From positions 2,302 to 66,301 of the forward strand of contig JAPOIJ010000002.1 of assembly GCA_029979005.1 (NCBI GenBank): a DNA stretch of 64,000 nt, given 5' to 3'. Position 1 is the stretch's first letter. Each line of letters begins with the position of its first letter. This DNA comes from Planctomycetota bacterium (GTDB taxonomy: Bacteria > Planctomycetota > Planctomycetia > Pirellulales > Pirellulaceae). Below the pieces are notes generated by a model. That model saw only the letters and a list, made by a program, of their open reading frames with translations, did no database searches and was not told where the DNA came from. Both the position numbers and the translations under genes were made by a program. Below, one piece after another: positions 48,895 through 57,620 of the stretch.

Positions 48895-48955
48895 ACTGCC
48901 TCGTCTCTTTTCGCCAAAAGCAGGAGTTAAACAACTCTTGGCGAACCACTTCCAA
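48852..48955 (-). ncRNA. Candidate sigma-54-dependent small RNA or attenuated leader (about 100 nt)
   Basis: Lies between a consensus sigma-54 promoter and a terminator; internal stem TTCGCCAA..GAGTT/AACTC..TTGGCGAA. Ends are inferred. Confidence 0.45.
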
Positions 48956-48965
48956 TTCACAGTAA

Positions 48966-48981
48966 AGCAATCTATGTGCCA
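48966..48981 (-). promoter_or_regulatory. Sigma-54 (-24/-12) promoter
   Basis: Minus strand reads TGGCAC-ATAGA-TTGCT, an exact match to TGGCAC-N5-TTGCW, in a 646 bp intergenic region. Confidence 0.72.
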
Positions 48982-49272
48982 AATTTAACTAGACTGCCTG
49001 GGTGTATATTGGAAGTAGTAAATGGTTTGTTTTTAAGTCGATTGTCGCCGAACAGGTTAAAAACCATATTTTTCGGTCGTTTTATAGCTGGCGACGTTCG
49101 CGGTCTCACAAAATTTCTATTTGTGTTTCATGGAAAGATACTACATAAGACGGCTCTCAGCGCGTCGAAAATCAAAAATATAAGGTTGTAACCATGAATT
49201 TATAGGATTGAAGGTCTTGTTGGTTGCTACCGTGTTGGTTTGTGGGACAAACCTTTCGTCTAATACTAGGCT

Positions 49273-49779
49273 TTAAGAGATTTTCTTGAGTCCGAGTGAT
49301 CTGCGTTTCGTATTCACCATCGCGATTGCTTGAGGGTTGCGTTTGATGAATTTTACTAACTGGGAGGTTGAGCAACCGAGAGTCTGCGCTGCTGCGGCGG
49401 GGTTAAAACCTTCGAAATGGAGAAAATCGAGTGCTTCAGCCAGTAATGCTGGAAAATCAGAGTGTTTGTTGCTGACCTCTATTTTCTTGTTCTTTAGACG
49501 AGAGTTCCAAAGTTCGCTCGGCGTTGATTTTTCTGTTTTGTCCAGTCGAAAGGCAATGGCCAGATTGGTTTTTAATCTGCTCATTGCCACGGTTTTGTTT
49601 TTGTTTTGGCTTCTTGCCTCGCTGGCTTGGCCGATAATTCCCGTGGGTGTGTGTGTAATTACGATGGCGGTTTCAACTTTGTTTCGGTGTTGTCCACCCG
49701 GTCCACTTCCCCGGGTGCGCTGGACCGTGCAATCCTTGAGGAGCGATAGATCGGATTGGCTTGCGGGATGTTGGCACAC
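49273..49779 (-). CDS. Peptide chain release factor-like protein (GGQ domain with C-terminal HTH-like module)
   Basis: RGSGPGGQHRNKVETAIVITHTPTGI...SEARSQNKNK; no codon-recognition domain; C-terminal AAAQTLGCSTSQLVKF. Confidence 0.88.
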   Translation of the reverse strand: MCQHPASQSDLSLLKDCTVQRTRGSGPGGQHRNKVETAIVITHTPTGIIGQASEARSQNKNKTVAMSRLKTNLAIAFRLDKTEKSTPSELWNSRLKNKKIEVSNKHSDFPALLAEALDFLHFEGFNPAAAAQTLGCSTSQLVKFIKRNPQAIAMVNTKRRSLGLKKIS

Positions 49780-49802
49780 GCTACTTATTCGCTCGATAAT
49801 TT

Positions 49803-49847
49803 AGGGTTCGCATTCTTAAGGGTTCGCATTCTTAAGGGTTTGCATTC
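49803..49847. repeat. 16-bp tandem repeat, about 2.8 copies
   Basis: AGGGTTCGCATTCTTA at 49803 and 49819, then AGGGTTTGCATTC at 49835. Confidence 0.9.
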
Positions 49848-50093
49848 GGGTCGAGGTTTACTGGTACGCACCGCTCATCGACAAAGCTATCAAGAGTTTA
49901 AAGGCTTTGAAGAGTCTGGGGCGGATTTGGAAAACTGGATTCTGCCCAGTCGGCATTGGTAATGTTGGATTTCAGTTTTCTAAGTTTACAAAGCTGAATT
50001 CTAGCCTTAAACAGGTGGGGTTTGCTCAATTAAAAGTCTACAATAATGTTCGGAATCTAGTTTGATTAGTCAGCACGAAAGGCTGAGCTCAAC

Positions 50094-51893
50094 ATGGCGC
50101 TTGAAAAAATTGGCCCGTACGAATTCAAAGGTGTTCTAGGTCGTGGCGGAATGGGGTCGGTATTCCGTGGGGTTCACGAAGATACTGGCGAGGTGCACGC
50201 GGTCAAAGTCCTGGCTCCCAACTATGCGAACGACGAGCATTTTCGCGGCAGGTTTGAGGCTGAAATTGAATCGCTCTTAAAGCTGAACCACCGAAATATT
50301 GTCCGGATTTTAAGTTTCGGACAAGAAGACGGGATGTTGTTCTTTTCCATGGAGTTGGTCGAGGGCAATAGCCTTTTTCAGATGCAGAAAAGTGGTTATC
50401 GGTTTGACTGGCGATCTGTATTGCGGGTTGTAAAAGACGTCAGTGCCGGTTTGAGGCACGCTCATGATCGGGGAATTATCCACCGGGATCTTAAGCCGGG
50501 TAATTTGTTGATGACCTACGACGAGAATTCGCAACCTGATTTCGTAAAGATTACCGATTTTGGAATTGCGAAACGGTTCGGTTCATCTCAGAACACTGGG
50601 CAAAATGTTTTGGGGACGATGGATTTCATGAGTCCGGAGCAAGCAAAGGGTGAGTTGGTCACGATTCGGAGTGATCTCTACAGTCTTGGTTCGGTGATGT
50701 ACGCACTGCTGTCAGGTAAGCCTCCATTTCGAACGAATTCAGTAGAAGGGTCATTGAGCAATCTCTTGCGGGCGCCCGTTCCGAGTATTTCGGCTTCGTT
50801 ACCTGAGGTGCCGGCTGAGATCGATCAATTGATACGTCGTCTAATGGCGAAGCGACCGGAGGATCGAATTCCGACTTCACTGGCGTTAGCGCATCAAATC
50901 GAAGAGGTCGAGTCGATTTTACGGGAGAGCAGTGAAGCGAGAACGACCCATCGTCCTGAGGGAAAAAGGCATGTCGATACTTTCGATGTTGGAATTCCAG
51001 CAACGCGTGAAAATACGGGACGGGCTGATGAGAAGAACGCAATTGGAAAAGCCAGTGTTGTAAATTCTGATATGCAAACGGTTGAGTTCACGGATCATAA
51101 GAGCCAGCAAATTGATACCATGCCCGTGCGGGAGGATTATTTTGAAACCGTTACGGAAAAGACCAGAGAGCAACCTTATGTAGCCGACTTTGAGCCAAGA
51201 GAAAGCAAAGGCTTTTGGCGGTTGCTCTTAGCTTTTTTGTTTGTGATTGCGATCAGCGTCTATGGCGTTTGGCAAGCTTACAAACCGCCAAGTGCTGAAG
51301 AACTTTATACGGCAATCGAGCTTGGGGCGAACAAACCGGATTCGGTGATGATTGAAATCAACCAATTTCTCGAGCTTTATCCTGACGAGGAACGTGCTGA
51401 GCAAGTTGCGGAATTGGGGCGTGTGGGGGAAGCAATCAAGCTTTACAAAAGCCGTCGAAATTTTTTGACTGCCAAAGGTTCATCTCGACTGACTGACATT
51501 GAACAGCGGTTTCTGCGTATTGTCGAAAGAGCGGACAAAAATCCAATCGAGGCAAACAAAGAAATGGATGTTTTCGTCAATTTTCTTAGCGGCGTTGAAT
51601 TAGAACCGCGTGACCAGGAATGTTTCGAAGCAGCTGTCGCTTACCGAATTAAAATTAAACACGATGCGTTGAGTGAGTTGCGCGGAAATCTGAATCGTAT
51701 TCGATCTGTGCTCGACACTGCGCTGCAGACGACAGATGTCGACGAACAGATCAGACTGTATAGGTCAATTATCAGTTATTCAAAAGACATTGATTGGGGG
51801 CGGTTCCCAGATTCACGGCAAGGAACCGACATGGTTCAAAAGGCGCAACGAATGTTGTTGCAACTTGAGTCGAGCCATCCTGAGTCCTTTTAG
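50094..51893 (+). CDS. Membrane-anchored Hanks-type Ser/Thr protein kinase
   Basis: LGRGGMGSVF, AVKVL, HRDLKPGN, DFGIAK, FMSPEQ, SDLYSLG; one TM helix (FWRLLLAFLFVIAISVYGVW) and a helical C-terminal domain. Confidence 0.95.
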   Translation: MALEKIGPYEFKGVLGRGGMGSVFRGVHEDTGEVHAVKVLAPNYANDEHFRGRFEAEIESLLKLNHRNIVRILSFGQEDGMLFFSMELVEGNSLFQMQKSGYRFDWRSVLRVVKDVSAGLRHAHDRGIIHRDLKPGNLLMTYDENSQPDFVKITDFGIAKRFGSSQNTGQNVLGTMDFMSPEQAKGELVTIRSDLYSLGSVMYALLSGKPPFRTNSVEGSLSNLLRAPVPSISASLPEVPAEIDQLIRRLMAKRPEDRIPTSLALAHQIEEVESILRESSEARTTHRPEGKRHVDTFDVGIPATRENTGRADEKNAIGKASVVNSDMQTVEFTDHKSQQIDTMPVREDYFETVTEKTREQPYVADFEPRESKGFWRLLLAFLFVIAISVYGVWQAYKPPSAEELYTAIELGANKPDSVMIEINQFLELYPDEERAEQVAELGRVGEAIKLYKSRRNFLTAKGSSRLTDIEQRFLRIVERADKNPIEANKEMDVFVNFLSGVELEPRDQECFEAAVAYRIKIKHDALSELRGNLNRIRSVLDTALQTTDVDEQIRLYRSIISYSKDIDWGRFPDSRQGTDMVQKAQRMLLQLESSHPESF

Positions 51894-52159
51894 TACAGAC
51901 CATTTGCCAGTTGATTTAATCGCAATTCTCGAATGTAAACTCTTGAGTCGCCAGGAGCGACGAACTCGAAAAAACGAACGAAACAGTGGTTGGTTTTAAT
52001 AAGCCTCTTTTACACAAAGGTACGGTGATTTTACAATCCAGTGATTTCTTTCTCGGGTATCATGTGTGTTGGAATTCAGCGTTCTGATCTGCAGTTGTTT
52101 CGCCACCGGTTGATAATATTAAATATTCTATGTCTCGCAGTTGAGCCAAGTGAAAATCA

Positions 52160-53035
52160 ATGAGCATTGAGGACCTGTCAGAGATCCACCGTCCCATTAC
52201 TTCTTTATTTCCAAGTTTAAAGGACGACGATTTTGAACGTTATTGTCTGTCCAGTGAGGATGTCGATTTCTTTCACGACCAGGGTTACCTGTCCGGAATC
52301 CAATTGCTGGATACGACACAAATCGAAGTGTTAAAGCAGGAGTTGTCCGAGTTCTTTAATCCGGAGCATGCCGGAAGCAATTTGTGGCACGAATATCACA
52401 CCAATGAATCAGAGGACCCGGATCGAGTGCTTTTTCATGCATTAGGTGCGTGGCGGCTGCGATCTGGTTTTCATGACTTGCTCTGGAACCCTGCGTATTT
52501 GATCCCAGCGAGTCAATTGCTCGGCGGTGGAGTTCGATTTTGGCATGACCAATTGTTTTGTAAGCCGGCGAAGCACGGTGGAAATGTGGCGTGGCACCAA
52601 GATTATTCCTATTGGACGCGAACTCAACCAATGGCCCATCTTACTTGTTGGACGGGATTGGACCGGGCGACTCAAGAGAATGGTTGTTTACAGTACATTC
52701 CGGGAAGTCATCGGTGGGACTTGCTTCCCATCACCGGTTTGGCCGGGGATATGACAGCGATTCAAAACGTACTCACAGATGCACAGTGGGGGGCATTTCA
52801 AAACCCGGTTTCAATTGAGCTCGAACCGGGGCAATGCACGTTTCATCATCCGTTAATGGTGCACGGTTCTTTTGATAATAGGACGGAGCAGCCGCGTCGG
52901 GCGGTCGTTCTAAACTTGATCCGTGATGGAGTCGAATCGCATACCGATGATGAGTTGTTAGCGGGAGTGCCTGTCATCCCTAGTGGACAAAAGATGGAGG
53001 GGCAGTTCTTTCCACTGCTCTATTCTGCGTCATAA
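52160..53035 (+). CDS. Phytanoyl-CoA dioxygenase (PhyH) family 2OG-Fe(II) oxygenase
   Basis: [15 protein letters not shown] (HxD), [26 protein letters not shown]. Confidence 0.9.
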   Translation: MSIEDLSEIHRPITSLFPSLKDDDFERYCLSSEDVDFFHDQGYLSGIQLLDTTQIEVLKQELSEFFNPEHAGSNLWHEYHTNESEDPDRVLFHALGAWRLRSGFHDLLWNPAYLIPASQLLGGGVRFWHDQLFCKPAKHGGNVAWHQDYSYWTRTQPMAHLTCWTGLDRATQENGCLQYIPGSHRWDLLPITGLAGDMTAIQNVLTDAQWGAFQNPVSIELEPGQCTFHHPLMVHGSFDNRTEQPRRAVVLNLIRDGVESHTDDELLAGVPVIPSGQKMEGQFFPLLYSAS

Positions 53036-53038
53036 AAA

Positions 53039-54196
53039 GTGCTGGTTGAAATCTATTTGAGTGATTTGAAAAAACAACGCGAGGCGAAACAGTTGAACGA
53101 TCCTATTTCCAATTCCGACAGTCAAGTGGCCGTGAATTTAGCAAGTCGGAGTTACGCTATCGATATTAAGCCTGGCTTGTTAAACCAGCTCTCGAATGCA
53201 TTAGCCGGTTTTGTTTCGGACGATCACGTGATTTTAGTGACAGATGACAATGTCGCTGAGTTGTACCTCGAGACGGTTGTTTCGCAGATTTCAGAGATTG
53301 CTCAACGGGTGGATGTGATTCGTGTTAGTCCAGGAGAAGAGTCTAAATCGATCTCGGTGTGTGATGAATTGTGGCAGCAGATGGTCAATTTCAAGACCGA
53401 CCGTCAGTCTGTGGTCGTAGCCTTGGGAGGCGGAGTCGTCGGAGATCTAGCCGGTTTCTTGGCTGCCTCATTTGCCCGGGGAATCCGTTTTATTCAAATT
53501 CCGACTACGCTCTTGGCACAGGTTGACAGTAGCGTTGGCGGAAAAGTGGGTGTTAATTTACCGGGTGCCAAAAATATGGTTGGCGCTTTTTGGCAACCAG
53601 AGTTAGTCCTGATAGACCCGCTGGTTTTGGAAACGCTGGATGAAGCCAATTTTCGTGCCGGGCTCGCCGAAGTAATTAAATACGGCTTGATTATGGATGT
53701 TGATTTTTTCGAGTCGCTCGAGGCATCGGTTGACTTGATTGGGAAGCGGGATCCTGCTGCGCTCACGCAGAGCATTGCTCGCTGTTGCCAGTGCAAAGCA
53801 GCAATTGTAGAGGAAGACGAACGAGAAACTTCCGGCCGCAGAGCGATTTTAAACTACGGCCATACTTACGGGCATGCTATTGAGGCAGTCTTTGGTTTTG
53901 GGCGCTTTCTCCATGGTGAGGCAATCTCGATCGGGATGACTTGTGCCGCTCGCTTGGCGCGTGAACTCGGAATGGTGCAAGATTCTTTCGTGGCTCGGCA
54001 AACCGAGTTGTTTCAAAGGATGAAGCTTCCCATCGATTGCCCCGCGGAGCGCCATGATGAACTGATCGCATCGATGAAACACGATAAGAAAGTTGCGAGG
54101 GGCGAGTTGAAGTTGATCCTTCCAGTGCGCATCGGCGAGGTCGTGGTGGTGGCAGCGCCGGAAGACAAACTGATTCTCGACAGCTTAAAAAACTGA
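53039..54196 (+). CDS. aroB: 3-dehydroquinate synthase
   Basis: GEESKS, ALGGGVVGDLAGF, PTTLLAQVDSSVGGKVG, KNMVGAFWQP, LNYGHTYGHAIE, HGEAI, HDKK. The start may lie further downstream. Confidence 0.96.
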   Translation: MLVEIYLSDLKKQREAKQLNDPISNSDSQVAVNLASRSYAIDIKPGLLNQLSNALAGFVSDDHVILVTDDNVAELYLETVVSQISEIAQRVDVIRVSPGEESKSISVCDELWQQMVNFKTDRQSVVVALGGGVVGDLAGFLAASFARGIRFIQIPTTLLAQVDSSVGGKVGVNLPGAKNMVGAFWQPELVLIDPLVLETLDEANFRAGLAEVIKYGLIMDVDFFESLEASVDLIGKRDPAALTQSIARCCQCKAAIVEEDERETSGRRAILNYGHTYGHAIEAVFGFGRFLHGEAISIGMTCAARLARELGMVQDSFVARQTELFQRMKLPIDCPAERHDELIASMKHDKKVARGELKLILPVRIGEVVVVAAPEDKLILDSLKN

Positions 54197-54243
54197 CCGC
54201 CGCCGTTTTCGGCCAGCTCAAGTTTTCCTTATCTTGGTTTAAG

Positions 54244-55506
54244 CTAGATCGACTTACTTGAGTCTACTGATTCCGCGATGAAGGGGCGGTAGTCCAGCCT
54301 TTTGTATTCAGGGGCCGCGCTCAAATCGTATTCGATCTGACGCCAGCGAATTCTTCGGCAGCAAAGTGACTTGATGGAAGATGCCCCATAGATCAGTTGG
54401 CACAAGGGAACCAAAAGCAAAAGTTTTATGGTTCGCCTAAAGTTGGTGTTGCCAATCGTTTCGCCACGCAGTTGAGCGCTTTTTGAAGCTACATTCCGCG
54501 AGACAAAATAGGCCCACGTGGAGAGGCCACCGCTGAGTAATAAGGCTAATGTGCTGGCGGCTAAAGCAGTCGCGTTTCCGAATAGGATCGCCATGATTAA
54601 AATGACAAAATTGGCCAGCATGAGGGCGTTGCTGAAGCAAGCGTGGATCACGGAAAGAAAAAAAGTGTCCTCGTAAAGTCGAGACCAGGTCAACATGCGA
54701 GTCACCCATCGATTTGCATACGAGGCTGAGCAGTGTTCGCGGTTGATCATGATGAGGGATGGTGCGAACTCAATTCTAAGGCCTTGATCTTGAATTGCTT
54801 TTTTCAGAGGACCGTCATCCACAATCGAATTGGACCAAGTTGAAATTAAATTAGCAGACTCCAATGTGGAACGCCTCATTGCAAAGCTGCCGGCCCAGGG
54901 GTTGGCAAAGTACACTGAAAAGACGAGTGCTCCAGCATTCCAGACACTGCGGATTAATGAACCGGTTCCGGTTGGAACGGGAGGTTCAAACCATTGGTTA
55001 CCGGTAACTCCCCCGATTTCATTGTCGTGAAGAGGCCCGGTTAGTTCGGCCAGCCAAGTTGGATGAGGCGCGACATCAGCATCCAGAAACGCGACAAATC
55101 TTGTTTCCTCTGTGATGTGCTCCAGGGCTTGTACGATCGAATGGCATTTGAGGCTGCAAGTTTCTCGTGGTGATTTCATGCCGTGGATTACGAGGCGATC
55201 GTCCTGGTCAAATTTCGCTTTAATTCGAGTTGCTACCTTCCACACGGGGTCGTCCTCGTGGTCGACGACCAGATGGATTTGATAGTTGGCGTAATCTTGC
55301 TGGAGGACGCCAGTGAGTGCAGTTTCAAAAGTGGGGTCACAACCGCGTACAGACATAATGACTGCCGTCATCGATTGGTTGGCAGTTGTCGCAGTCTTGC
55401 TGATTTTCTTTGAGAACCAGCGTTCGAATGAAATTGCAATCGAAAGCTGAATCAGAGCAGCTGCAAAAATAATCTGGCCGGCGATCATCGCGGAAAAGGT
55501 GAGCAT
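54244..55506 (-). CDS. GT-A glycosyltransferase, GT21/ceramide glucosyltransferase- or HpnI-like
   Basis: N-terminal TM, IMSVRGCDP, FLDADV, WAGSFAMR, VDD, C-terminal TM helices and IRWRQIEY. Confidence 0.75.
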   Translation of the reverse strand: MLTFSAMIAGQIIFAAALIQLSIAISFERWFSKKISKTATTANQSMTAVIMSVRGCDPTFETALTGVLQQDYANYQIHLVVDHEDDPVWKVATRIKAKFDQDDRLVIHGMKSPRETCSLKCHSIVQALEHITEETRFVAFLDADVAPHPTWLAELTGPLHDNEIGGVTGNQWFEPPVPTGTGSLIRSVWNAGALVFSVYFANPWAGSFAMRRSTLESANLISTWSNSIVDDGPLKKAIQDQGLRIEFAPSLIMINREHCSASYANRWVTRMLTWSRLYEDTFFLSVIHACFSNALMLANFVILIMAILFGNATALAASTLALLLSGGLSTWAYFVSRNVASKSAQLRGETIGNTNFRRTIKLLLLVPLCQLIYGASSIKSLCCRRIRWRQIEYDLSAAPEYKRLDYRPFIAESVDSSKSI

Positions 55507-55509
55507 GGG

Positions 55510-56442
55510 TTATCTCACCAATAGGTCAAACACGAGTCGGGCAAATCGTGGCGCATCAGCCCAGAAACCCGGGTTGATAAGCTTGGGCAACTCTTTTTTA
55601 AAGCCTTCCCGCGTCATTTTCCAATTGGCGGTTGAGCCTGAAATAATATGGCTACCCCCTGCTAGTCGTCGATTCTCTTTCGCCTCGGCACCCGAGACAT
55701 AGCATTCCCAGCGATTGAGAGACGCATGTGAGTAATCGTGAGACTGGTGGATTGCGGTTACTGTTTTTGACAGATTGACGACCGGAATTTTATTTTGTTT
55801 TGCCGAGTGAATCATCCAGTTGTCCCAGTTTCCCCGCCCCACGGCAAACGGTGGAATGTCCTCGTAAAGCTGACGGTTGAAAATGAAATATTCTTTGCAC
55901 GCATTAGAGGATCGGATTCCTAGGTTTTGGCAATCTTTTAGCAATCGCTCGACCTGAACCGACTGATTGAAATCAATTGCGTGGTCAACATTTAGGTCAG
56001 TGCGTTGACCAAACGCGACGAACTGGCGGAAGTGAGTTTCAGTTGCGAGTTGATGGATCGACGTCAAGAAGTTGTTTGTGAGAATGACGTCACAGTTGCA
56101 GTAGGCCAGATAGTCGGTGGTTGATTCTTGATGGGCAAGTTGAAATGCCGAATCGAGTAATGGCGTGCCGTATTCATTGCATCGCAAACCACTGGCGTGA
56201 CGGACGCCAAGTTCCGCTGCTGTTTCTTTAATTCCGGCTTCATCCCCCAGTAGCAATACTTCGACGTCGGGTTTTAGGTTAGCCCAGGATTGAATCGCAT
56301 TCCTTTGAATCAGATCGGTCTTTTCACCGAAGGGTTTAGGCAGTGCGAAAATTGTAACCGTGGGTATTGCTGTTTCTGGAAGTTCACGGGCATCGGTGCC
56401 GGATTCCTTCGAGAATGCAGGTTGAGGGTTGGGAACGAGCAT
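55510..56442 (-). CDS. Putative GT-A glycosyltransferase
   Basis: FALPKPF, QRNAIQSW, YCNCDVIL, FAVGRGNWDNW, HQSHDYSH. Confidence 0.65.
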   Translation of the reverse strand: MLVPNPQPAFSKESGTDARELPETAIPTVTIFALPKPFGEKTDLIQRNAIQSWANLKPDVEVLLLGDEAGIKETAAELGVRHASGLRCNEYGTPLLDSAFQLAHQESTTDYLAYCNCDVILTNNFLTSIHQLATETHFRQFVAFGQRTDLNVDHAIDFNQSVQVERLLKDCQNLGIRSSNACKEYFIFNRQLYEDIPPFAVGRGNWDNWMIHSAKQNKIPVVNLSKTVTAIHQSHDYSHASLNRWECYVSGAEAKENRRLAGGSHIISGSTANWKMTREGFKKELPKLINPGFWADAPRFARLVFDLLVR

Positions 56443-56464
56443 GGATTAAACCGCGGTTGGAACG

Positions 56465-57520
56465 CTAAGCGAATAGCGACCGCGCCTTTCGATAATTAAC
56501 AACCCATTTTCGAATCCAATACACAGCCGTTAAATCCCACCATCGCTTGAGGCTGAATTCAGGGCGCTCAGGTCGCCACCCCGCCCATGCTGTTTGATCC
56601 AGACTCTCATAGAATTTTTCGCGAAGCGGATGGAAAGGTTGGAATTTCCATGGTTTAAATTCTGTCGTAAAGTGAATCAGCGCAGGGCGGTCTCGCATTT
56701 GCGCAAATTCGACAGGATTGATTGGACAATGGTTGTCATCCGGGAATTCAAAAACATGCGCTCCTTGATTCCACCGTGGCGGGAGTTGCCCCCACTGCCC
56801 TGCGAATACTACGTTAAGTGCGTACTGATCCCAGCACCAAACATAATTTGAATTTTCACGAAGGCAATTAAGTAGTTTTTGGTCGATCGACTCTCTTCGC
56901 CAACGATTTAAATTGAGCACCATAACGCCACTGTTGAAGTAGGGGGCTGAGCCATCTAGGTTTAACTGTCGCCAATTAGGGATCGGTGAGATGGCAGCGA
57001 GATGGGGTATGGCTTTTTTAAGTGTTCCCAGTTTGGCCTGAGCCTCGTAAGCGTCAACGAATGGGCATGCAATATCGACCGCTGCAAGACAGTAGTTTTC
57101 TCCGACGTCAAAATTCCAAAGTTCAGTCAGGTCACATTGGACAAGAACATCAGAATCCAGATAGATCACTTTCTCAATCGTTTCAGGTAGAAGTCGAGCA
57201 GCGAATAGTCGAAAGTAAGCGGTGTGGGTGATGTGATGTGAGACACTGAGGTCGCTGAATTCTTTGAGGTTCGGGCGCAAAACGTGAATGGAAATTGGGA
57301 GGTCGACCAGTGTTTCTCGCAGTCCCATCCAGTTGGCTTCGGAGATTCCACCATCCATCAGAATGACGTGAAGGTGATTGCCGTTTTTGAGTGATGAAGC
57401 GGCAGTGTAAAGAGTGACCGCAAGGGGTTTTACATAATTGTCGTCTGACGCGCAGAGGACAATCGGATCCTCAACGGGAATGTTGGCCAGTGTTTCAGAT
57501 TGGAGGAGTTCTTGGATCAT
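56465..57520 (-). CDS. Glycosyltransferase family 8
   Basis: CASDDNYV, TAYFRL, KVIYLDSDVLV, YFNSGVMVLNL, DQYALN, IHFT...KPW. Confidence 0.92.
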   Translation of the reverse strand: MIQELLQSETLANIPVEDPIVLCASDDNYVKPLAVTLYTAASSLKNGNHLHVILMDGGISEANWMGLRETLVDLPISIHVLRPNLKEFSDLSVSHHITHTAYFRLFAARLLPETIEKVIYLDSDVLVQCDLTELWNFDVGENYCLAAVDIACPFVDAYEAQAKLGTLKKAIPHLAAISPIPNWRQLNLDGSAPYFNSGVMVLNLNRWRRESIDQKLLNCLRENSNYVWCWDQYALNVVFAGQWGQLPPRWNQGAHVFEFPDDNHCPINPVEFAQMRDRPALIHFTTEFKPWKFQPFHPLREKFYESLDQTAWAGWRPERPEFSLKRWWDLTAVYWIRKWVVNYRKARSLFA

Positions 57521-57620
57521 TCAGGGTGTCGGTTTTGAATTGTCTTTTCAACTCTGTGGTTGGGGGATATATGAGATCTTTATCGCTAACGTTGGGCAGT
57601 TTATTATTGCACGGAATAGA

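Noticed and set aside
48863-48949. 28-codon GTG-start minus-strand ORF (VVRQELFNSCFWRKETRQCLDCSLFRAV) inside the candidate sRNA
   Set aside because: It begins only a few bases after the predicted transcription start with no properly spaced ribosome-binding site and runs through the terminator; probably chance.
48960-49010. Resemblance of TTAAATTTGGCAC to a c-di-GMP-II riboswitch
   Set aside because: The kink-turn and GCAC/GUGC pairing are missing; the same bases are fully explained as a sigma-54 promoter.
48976-49191. 71 aa plus-strand ORF in the intergenic region
   Set aside because: No recognisable motif or ribosome-binding site, and it overlaps the opposite-strand promoter region.
49803-49847. 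Tandem repeat as a mini CRISPR array
   Set aside because: The copies are contiguous with no spacers and no cas genes are present.
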